Of a stretch of 33,282 nt of DNA, positions 17,333-25,600 are shown piece after piece. The stretch covers positions 49,698 to 82,979 of the forward strand of contig CAYXLS010000001.1 of NCBI GenBank assembly GCA_964464785.1, given 5' to 3'. A model generated the notes under the pieces. That model was not told the origin of the DNA. It did no database searches and worked only from the letters and a program-made list of their open reading frames with translations. Origin of the DNA: an uncultured Gammaproteobacteria bacterium. Its GTDB lineage: Bacteria; Patescibacteriota; Microgenomatia; UBA12405. The first letter of the stretch is position 1. Each line of letters opens with the position of its first letter. The translations under genes were made by a program, and so were the position numbers.

Positions 17333-17887
17333 TTAATCAAATTTAACAAGTTCATGAATTTTTGCCAAAGCTTCTCTTGCTAGATTATTATCATTAAAAG
17401 CATCAGCTATAGTTAATTGTGTCATATAAATCAAAATATCAACATGAACCTTGCTAATCAGCAAAGAACCTATCATTTTAATAGTAATGTTTTCTTCAAT
17501 TAATGAGTCCATTACATCAAAAGTAAAGCGGGTTAGTAGGTTGCCTGAATCCTCTGCTTCATTATAACGGTTTATTAATGACTCATATTTATCTTTAAAT
17601 GGACTACAATAGGCTTCGGTAAGCATCGGGAAAAATTTATTAGCATCTTCTTTGGTAATTAAATTATTGTTTAGGGCAATATTTGGTATTATTTTTATTT
17701 GAAAACTTGAAACAGGAAACACGCAGTTTTCCATATATTTGTCTTTGATTATGATTTTATTATTCCCAAAAAGATCTTTCCCATTAGATAAGTCATTTTT
17801 TACAATATTTATCCAATTACTTCTATGTATAGTAAGTGTGTCTCTTATATTAGATATTTTTGGAATCCAAAAAAGTGATTTAAGCAT
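17333..17887 (-). CDS. Hypothetical cytoplasmic protein (operon gene 5 of 5)
   Basis: ATG start 13 nt after the upstream stop. There is no TM and no motif I recognise. Confidence 0.6.
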   Translation of the reverse strand: MLKSLFWIPKISNIRDTLTIHRSNWINIVKNDLSNGKDLFGNNKIIIKDKYMENCVFPVSSFQIKIIPNIALNNNLITKEDANKFFPMLTEAYCSPFKDKYESLINRYNEAEDSGNLLTRFTFDVMDSLIEENITIKMIGSLLISKVHVDILIYMTQLTIADAFNDNNLAREALAKIHELVKFD

Positions 17888-17900
17888 AAATTGGTATGAG

Positions 17901-18545
17901 TTATAAATTTCCTGCTTTAATTTCCTTACGAACTAAAGCATTAAAAGTTGTAGACTGTTCTACTTCTTTTTTATATTTACTTAAGTCCATAACAGTTCTT
18001 TTACTCATATATGTATTAACCCTATCTTTTAATTCAAAAGGCAAGGGGCGGTCATCACCCTTTGTGTTACTCGTATCTTCCGGATCACCATAGAGAGGAT
18101 AATATTTCCTCAATCTATCCATGGCTTCATCCATTGATAAATTATTATTTTGCATGTAATTAATCATGCAGGCCATATGGAGTTCGTTATCATATTCTAC
18201 AGTTACCCACCGTTCAATATCACATAGATTCCACCAGAGAGATATATCCTCATCTGTTACACCCTCCTTTCTTTTTGTAGGTATTTCTTTACAAATTGAT
18301 TCTGCATATTTTTTGACTAGTTCATCGTCAGTTTTAGTAACACCTAAAATAATATCTCCCATGATTTTAGGTAAATTGTTATATGTTCCTGCTTTTTTAG
18401 ATTGCTCAATTGCTCTATCAAGTAAGTCTTCTGCGGCTTTTTTAGCATCCTCCTCAGACATACCTTGAGAAGTGTAACCTTGAGTATAAATATTAATTAA
18501 TTCATTCTCTTCACTTTTATATTTTGAGAAGTTAAATAGTCCCAT
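17901..18545 (-). CDS. Hypothetical acidic cytoplasmic protein (operon gene 4 of 5)
   Basis: ATG start 20 nt after the upstream stop. It looks helical. It contains YYPLYGDPEDTSNTKGDDRPLPFELKDRV, and I recognise no family. Confidence 0.6.
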   Translation of the reverse strand: MGLFNFSKYKSEENELINIYTQGYTSQGMSEEDAKKAAEDLLDRAIEQSKKAGTYNNLPKIMGDIILGVTKTDDELVKKYAESICKEIPTKRKEGVTDEDISLWWNLCDIERWVTVEYDNELHMACMINYMQNNNLSMDEAMDRLRKYYPLYGDPEDTSNTKGDDRPLPFELKDRVNTYMSKRTVMDLSKYKKEVEQSTTFNALVRKEIKAGNL

Positions 18546-18565
18546 ATTTTTTATTAATTAATAAC

Positions 18566-19696
18566 TTAGATTGAATGTACCCTATCTTCAAGAATGGTTT
18601 TATATTGAATTTGAATTTTTTTCATCACATCAGAAGTAAATTTAGGGTTATCTCTTATTGACCGGATATCATATCTTCCATCGGCAAGTTTATATACCCA
18701 AACAGTGAATATTTGATCAGGTTTATCTTGAAATATAATTGAAATTTCTACTCCCCCGACAATACTGTCGTTTATTGAAAATACAATAAATTTACTTTTA
18801 TAATAATTTTTATCAAATGAAGCTAAACCTCCTGTATAATCTCCTATCTTGTGAGTTTCAATGACTAGTTCTGGAGAGTCCATACCAACATTTGTACCAT
18901 CCAGATATCCATTTAAAACCTTACGAATATGAAGTACATAAGGATCTTTTGTTGTTTGATAGTAATCCTCTAATTGATCTTTTGTAAATACAATAGGTTC
19001 AACTTTTGTTGATTCAGGTGGTATTTGCCAATCAAAGGCTCCGTAGGTGCTAGGAATCGTTGTATTTTCCTCAGTACATCCTTTTGGTGTTGGAACGATA
19101 ATAATTTTTTTTCTCCAATCAAATAATGTATCTAACTGATCATAAAAATCATTGTATTTATGTACAGCATCATCCTGTTGCTTCCTTATTTCATCATAAT
19201 TGGACATTAATTCGTCGCTACTAATCTTTTTATCCCAAAGATTTAATATACTTTGAGCGTCATTAAGATAATATTTTGTCATTTCCATTTGATAATCAAA
19301 AAATTTCTTAAAATACCAAGGTTCAATCAGCTTATAATCTAGACGATTAATAAAACTATTTTGCTTCTCAATCCAATTATTTTCTTCAGCAACATATTTT
19401 CTCATTTCAGAGATATAGTCGCCGATAAATGTTTGAAGATCTTCTTTTTTGTATTTTTCTGGAAATTTTGTATAGTCAATATACTTTAAATATGAGTTTT
19501 TGTAGGCAATACGAGGTGGGTTAACATTGGTACACCGGTACTCATATATTTTATTTCCAATTATTGAGAGGGAATGAAGTTTGTAAAGATAAACACCAAA
19601 AATTAAAATAGATATACCAATTAAAATTAAAAATATCTTAAATATTTTATTCTTATTCATTTTTGTTCTAATTACTAGGAGTATACCTCTTTTCAA
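18566..19696 (-). CDS. Membrane-anchored protein with a large extracytoplasmic domain, hypothetical (operon gene 3 of 5)
   Basis: One N-terminal TM (IFKIFLILIGISILIFGVYLY). The ORF-track start at 19696 is TTG, and the ATG at 19660 (MNKNKIF) is an alternative. Confidence 0.6.
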   Translation of the reverse strand: MKRGILLVIRTKMNKNKIFKIFLILIGISILIFGVYLYKLHSLSIIGNKIYEYRCTNVNPPRIAYKNSYLKYIDYTKFPEKYKKEDLQTFIGDYISEMRKYVAEENNWIEKQNSFINRLDYKLIEPWYFKKFFDYQMEMTKYYLNDAQSILNLWDKKISSDELMSNYDEIRKQQDDAVHKYNDFYDQLDTLFDWRKKIIIVPTPKGCTEENTTIPSTYGAFDWQIPPESTKVEPIVFTKDQLEDYYQTTKDPYVLHIRKVLNGYLDGTNVGMDSPELVIETHKIGDYTGGLASFDKNYYKSKFIVFSINDSIVGGVEISIIFQDKPDQIFTVWVYKLADGRYDIRSIRDNPKFTSDVMKKIQIQYKTILEDRVHSI

Positions 19697-19719
19697 TTAA
19701 ATTTATGTTATTTATAACC

Positions 19720-19911
19720 TTATTTATTTCTCAAATTAAATTTAACCCACAACTCTGCTAAACCAGATAAGTTATTGGCGATTTCTGTTACATCATCATC
19801 AGTAAGTGCTCTTTTGTATAAAGGCTCAAACATATTAATAACCTCTTCTTTCAATTCATCACTTAGCCAATCTTTATATTTAATTGGTATTACTTTTTGG
19901 GAACATTTCAT
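19720..19911 (-). CDS. Small acidic hypothetical protein (operon gene 2 of 5)
   Basis: 63 codons, with an ATG 13 nt after the upstream stop. It is tightly packed between its neighbours. Confidence 0.5.
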   Translation of the reverse strand: MKCSQKVIPIKYKDWLSDELKEEVINMFEPLYKRALTDDDVTEIANNLSGLAELWVKFNLRNK

Positions 19912-19924
19912 AATTATTTTTAAT

Positions 19925-20470
19925 TCAAAACTCCATTGATTTAGTTGTTCCTACCACTTCAATAGTTTTAATATCAATATTTTCCATACAATGTTTTTGT
20001 CCAACTTGCCAGTAGACACAGTCATCCTCACCTTTTGTACCTGTTATTTTGAATACCGAATCTCTGTTGCCTTCAATAAATTTTACCCATTTATCAGTTA
20101 GCGCCAAATCATCTGGCACATTAATAGGCATAGCCCAAAACCAAGCATATTGATTGTCAGGTTCAAGTACTTTATGTGTTTTTATGTCATACCACCTAAA
20201 CCTAACTTCTCCAGAAGTGGAATTCTTTCTTACAACACCATAATAGATTATAAGTGAACCTGTATCTTTTGGAAAACTTAACATATTACTACCACCTGGT
20301 ATATAAGACCCCTCAACTTTATTTTCGTTTACAACAGGTGTTTTAATAACAACCTCTTTATTACCTTTATTTTGGATATAATTTACAACCTTATAACCTA
20401 TACCTAAAACAACTAGGATAAAGATTAGTTTGAGTATATTTTTATTTATATTTTTATATATGGCACTCAA
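19925..20470 (-). CDS. Membrane-anchored hypothetical protein with a beta-rich ectodomain (operon gene 1 of 5)
   Basis: N-terminal TM (ILKLIFILVVLGIGY). The start is TTG and no in-frame ATG lies nearby. It begins 60 nt downstream of the GmrSD-like gene. Confidence 0.55.
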   Translation of the reverse strand: MSAIYKNINKNILKLIFILVVLGIGYKVVNYIQNKGNKEVVIKTPVVNENKVEGSYIPGGSNMLSFPKDTGSLIIYYGVVRKNSTSGEVRFRWYDIKTHKVLEPDNQYAWFWAMPINVPDDLALTDKWVKFIEGNRDSVFKITGTKGEDDCVYWQVGQKHCMENIDIKTIEVVGTTKSMEF

Positions 20471-20530
20471 TGAAATTTGTTATTAATAATGGTTTTAACC
20501 TTACTTATATTAATCTGATAATTTTTTTTA

Positions 20531-22657
20531 TCAAGTAAACCTAGTGACTAAATATTCATTTATTTCTCTAATACCTAGTTCCTGCGAAGAATTACCACTA
20601 CGAACATAAAATTTATCAACACTTTGATTATTATCAGAAATTTTTAAATATAAAGGTTTATTACCTTTTGCGATATCAATCTGGCAGATTTCTTTATCTG
20701 TTACTTGAATAAATTTTATAGTTAATGCTGATGTAGCAAAATTTATCCCAAAAGATTGGTTGATTAAATGTCTCAAATGTAATTCAAATTCATCTTTTGT
20801 ACCATCAAGTGATACATAATCTCTTTGTAATCCTAAGATTTCACCTTCATCGTTAACCCCTATTATAAGTGTTCCGCCTTCTCCATTAGAAAATGCAGAA
20901 ATTGATTTAAGAATTACTGTTTCTATTTTTTTATCAATACTTTCACTGATGTAATTCCATCTTAATGACGACTTAAATTCAAGTTCATTACTCTCACCCT
21001 TATTTATAATATCTTCTATTGATACTGCTGTAACTGATTCCTCTGTTTTCGTTATTCCTTCTAAAAATTTATTCATTTCATTTGATAATAATTTTCTTCG
21101 TGCTATCAAAAAATCTTCAAATCTGTCTAATTCCCAAAGAGCTTCACCTTCCGGAATACATTGAAGTTTTAAGGCTTGTGGGTACTTTTCCTTTACAGAT
21201 TTTAAATAATCTTTTGCTTGCTTGGCACTTTTACCCCTATTAGCTAATTGAGTTAAAATTGCCCTATTGGTTATTTCCTGGGCTAATGAATATTTATGAC
21301 GATTATTCATGTTGTATCCGTGGGACTTTAATATAGAGTAAGGAAAAATATGATCCCATTCCAACATATATCTGCTCCCCATATTCTGTCTAATACTTAG
21401 CCCAGTGGTCAAACAAACCGCATTTTTACTTTTAAAATACCATCTCATCATACTATAAAGAGCATTACTAACACCTGCTCCTTCAAATTCATCCGGAGAT
21501 ATTTCTAATGGTCTTTCTTGTTTAATTGTGTTTAACATTTCATCAAAAGGGTTTTTTGAATTAGCAACAATTCCCAAATCTTTATCTAATTTTTGTTGTA
21601 ATTGGCTAATATATCTTTGTCTAATTTGTGAATAATAAAACCATTTTATTATTTTCTTTATTTCTATTTGAGTTAATGATTCATTTCCTTTTTTAAATAC
21701 ATAAGAAATAATAGGTACTATCGCATAAACAGAATTAATTTCACTTGAGTGATCTATATATGCTTGAGATCTAAGTAAACTAACAACATAATCAAGTATT
21801 TTTTCATCAAGCTGTTTCCAGGCTTCTTTTAGTTTTACTTCGTTATCACTTGAATGAAGTTTTGTCATGTCAGAACCCATGTTGTATAACATACCCAATA
21901 AGCAATAAATAATAAAATCTAGTTTGAAGTTGAAACCACTTTCTTTAAGTGCTATTAGTTTTTCTTTAAATGTTTCTCTAGCTTTAGGCCAATAACCTGA
22001 TATTTGAGCTAGTGCTAATTCAGCATCCGTCAAATTAACTCCACTAGCATTAACTATATAAAAAATATTAATAGCTTCTCTAAGAGAAGCTTTAATTGGA
22101 ACTGATTGTTCAACAAACTCTTTATCAGGGATACTATCAATTGCACGAAAATTATCAGCTATTCTGTCTTCATCTTCTCTCGTTAAAGTAACGCCCTTAT
22201 CTTGTAAACCGCGAGTAATATCTCTTTCTCTAATGTTCTTTTGAAAAATATCGGTAATATTGACCCAATATGGATTGCTATCCATCATATTTTTTTTGTA
22301 ATATTGAAGGTCTAGGTCGTTAATATTTACATATAGCCCCCTAGGATCGTTTAGTATTTCACTTTCTTTGTAATAAGAAGGTATTTTATTTCTAATTAGT
22401 AAATATAAAGTTGTAATTCTTTGTTGACCATCAAGAATTATTTTTACTGCTCCTTGTCTTGGATCATATTGCCAATCACCTTTTAATTCTGGTGGTGTAT
22501 TTGTATCCCAAGTTAACATAGTTCCGGTGGGATAATCTTTTATCAAAGATGAAATTAAATCTTTTGCATCTTCTCTCTTCCAAACATATTCTCTTTGAAA
22601 AGCTGGAACAAATAATTGATTGTCGTCTATTTTGTCTAATATTTGATTAATTTTCAT
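20531..22657 (-). CDS. GmrSD-family (DUF262 + DUF1524) nuclease fused to a C-terminal AlbA_2/Schlafen-like domain
   Basis: DUF262: FVPAFQREYVW and ILDGQQRITTLYLL. DUF1524/HNH-like: EWDHIFPYS...EITNRAILTQLANRGK. C-terminal 155 aa (20534-20998): ESNELEFKSS...ISAFSNGEGGTLIIGVNDEGEILGL...FYVRSGNSSQEL. Confidence 0.85.
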   Translation of the reverse strand: MKINQILDKIDDNQLFVPAFQREYVWKREDAKDLISSLIKDYPTGTMLTWDTNTPPELKGDWQYDPRQGAVKIILDGQQRITTLYLLIRNKIPSYYKESEILNDPRGLYVNINDLDLQYYKKNMMDSNPYWVNITDIFQKNIRERDITRGLQDKGVTLTREDEDRIADNFRAIDSIPDKEFVEQSVPIKASLREAINIFYIVNASGVNLTDAELALAQISGYWPKARETFKEKLIALKESGFNFKLDFIIYCLLGMLYNMGSDMTKLHSSDNEVKLKEAWKQLDEKILDYVVSLLRSQAYIDHSSEINSVYAIVPIISYVFKKGNESLTQIEIKKIIKWFYYSQIRQRYISQLQQKLDKDLGIVANSKNPFDEMLNTIKQERPLEISPDEFEGAGVSNALYSMMRWYFKSKNAVCLTTGLSIRQNMGSRYMLEWDHIFPYSILKSHGYNMNNRHKYSLAQEITNRAILTQLANRGKSAKQAKDYLKSVKEKYPQALKLQCIPEGEALWELDRFEDFLIARRKLLSNEMNKFLEGITKTEESVTAVSIEDIINKGESNELEFKSSLRWNYISESIDKKIETVILKSISAFSNGEGGTLIIGVNDEGEILGLQRDYVSLDGTKDEFELHLRHLINQSFGINFATSALTIKFIQVTDKEICQIDIAKGNKPLYLKISDNNQSVDKFYVRSGNSSQELGIREINEYLVTRFT

Positions 22658-22686
22658 ATTTTTGAATGATTATAAATTTATAGTAT

Positions 22687-25600
22687 TTAGTTTTGATTTT
22701 TAAAGTCTAATTTTGGCAAGGAATTAACAATATCAACCGTTTGAACACTGACATTAATGATACTGAGCAATAAATCTAAAATATATTTAGGATTGCCAAC
22801 TTCTTCTGCCCAGTCATTTGGGTCATTTTTGATGCCACTGTCTTTATTTGTGGTGACTTGATAGCGTTCCATTATCCATTCAATTGCACTCTTACCATTT
22901 ACAATATATTCATAAGCCTTAACAGGAATCTTTGAAATGATGATTTTATTGTTATAAATGATTGTGTCTTTTTGATTTTTTTTAGGAAATCGCATTTTAT
23001 CTACTCTAAAATCATTACTTTCCTCACCTGTAACTTCAACATCGTTATAAGCTGGTACTTTTTCATAATTGATGTGTAGATCACCTAGTTTTCTACCGGC
23101 TTTACTAAATTTCCAAAAATCATTAAGATCTTCAACAAGTGGAATACGAGGTAACATTTTTTTTAAATCACTAGAGAACATTGTTTTGTACTCTGGACTA
23201 TGTAAAAAGCCATAAACATAATAAAAAATATCTTCTTTATTAATATTTTTACCATACATTTTTTTAGCCCTATTTAAAATAAAATCTGATACTCCATCCT
23301 TGCAGATATATTCGCTTTTCCCTGGTTCTTCAAATAAACCTATGTTTTGTTTCTCGCGCTCTTCATAATAATTTAGAGGAAAGCACTGAGAAGCAGCATT
23401 AATACCAAGATCCGGAATTTTATCTACCATCAAGACTGAAAAATCTTTTGTGCTGCCATTTCCAGGTACACATATTAACTTATTTGTAATATTTTTTTGG
23501 GGAAACAACTTTGGTAGTTGATAAACACGATTAATCAAACTTCTATTAAAATATACTTTTTGATTAAAAAATGGACGATAGATTGAATTTGTGATTGATT
23601 CGTTTTGAAATTGATATTTTTTATATTTGGCAAGGTCAACTTTTTGAGCATAATCCCAAGTAATATTTTTTGAATCAGTATCAATGAAATTATCTAACTT
23701 AAGATCAGGATTATTTTTTTTCTCAATTATAAAGCTATCAACTTGTTTATTAAAAAAATTTATTGTTTTATTAATATTATTTGAAAGTTCATTTGTTGAG
23801 GAGTTGTAACTCCAAGCATCCCTATTTGTTTTTAGTCCATTGGAATAAAAAGTAAAAAAAGAAGTGGCTAATTGATTTTTATTTTTTCCAAGTTCTATAA
23901 ATTCACTAAATAAATCATTGCGTTGACTTATCCAATCTCCGTGTTTGTTTGGGTATATACTATCCCATTTTATTGCCGAATTACTTATAGAACTAAAATT
24001 TTTAATGATGTTTATTTTTTCTTCTCTGTTTTTATAATCCTCTATTTCGTGATAATAAATTTGAGCCTTTTCGTTTGTTTTTTTAGGATTTTTAACTAAT
24101 AGAGTAATTGAAATGGGAGTCCGTGAACCACCTCCAAAAACATTACCTGCCTCTTTTCTTCTTAATTCACCTTGAGTACGAGCATTCCCTCTGGTATTAA
24201 ATATATAAATCGTTGAAAACTCTTTTTCTAAACATTTACGAAAACCATCGGTACTATTACTATCCAACCAGGATCCATTAGAAACAAAAGCAATAATTCC
24301 ACCATTTTGTGGATCCAGCCGATCTGTACTCCACCTAAAAGCTTTTATATAAGAATCGTATAATGAATTTTTTAAAATAGCGTTTGATTCAAAAGCATAA
24401 GTTTTTGCTATTCTTGAATCTAATTTATCATATTTTTGATTTTGAGCGTTATCATTAGCGGCTTTTTGTCCAGCAGAATATGGAGGATTACTAATTATTA
24501 CCCTAATAGGGCTCTTTTTTTGTTTTTGTACTTGTTCTGAATTTTGTGGAAACATTTTTGAAAAAAGTCTTTCACTAGAGTCAGTTTCGCCTAATTGAAA
24601 TGTATCAGTAAGACAGATACCATTAAAAGCTTTATACTCATTAGCCTTTGTTAGGTCGTGGTAAACATTTTCAATATTTACAGCTGCTATGTAATAAGCC
24701 AATAAAACTATTTCGTTAGCATGAATTTCGGACTCGTATTTTCTTTTTAAATCTTTGGATTCTATTAATCCACTTTGAAGTAAACGCGTTATAAATGTAC
24801 CAGTACCAGTAAACGGATCTAAGATGTGAACATTGTCATCAGTAAAAGTACAATTAAATTCCTTCTGAAGAACTTCGTTAACAGAATGTATTATAAAATC
24901 AACAATTTCTACTGGAGTATAAACAATTCCTAACCTCTCTACGGTTTTGGGAAAAGCCGTTTTAAAAAATTTATCATATAACTCAATTATTATTCGCTGT
25001 TTCCCTTCTGCATTATTTATTCCTTCGGTTCTTTTTTTAACCGATTCATAAAATTTTTGAAGCACTTCTAAATCTTTGTTTGATGTTTCTCCTTCTAATA
25101 AATCAAGCATTTTTTGCATTGATATTGAAATTGAATTATTTTTTACAAAAGAATATTTTTCAAATAATGCCTCAAAAACAGGTTTGGTAATAATATGTTG
25201 AGAAAGCATTTCTATTGCATCTTGTTCAGTAATACTGGGGTTAATATTCTTCCTTAATCCGTTTACAAAATCATTAAAGGCTTGGTGATCAGAAGCATCT
25301 TCTTTAACAAGTTGGCTAATTCGTTTTGCTTGTCTTTCGGCAATTTCAGCAATGTTTTTTGCCCACTGTTCCCAATAAGTGCGATCCCCTACCTTCTTTA
25401 CCATTTTGGCAAAAACAACATTTTGAAGTTGGTTAAATTGCAAAGATAATTGACTTGAGAGATTTTTTGCAGTCTCTTGACTTGATCCGTCATCAGTAAC
25501 CAAAACCGGCTTACCATCATCATCAAAAGAAAATACCCCTCTTCCAACCGATATTTGTGCTGGTCTATTTTTATTCAGTTCAATTTTATTAACAGTGGCA

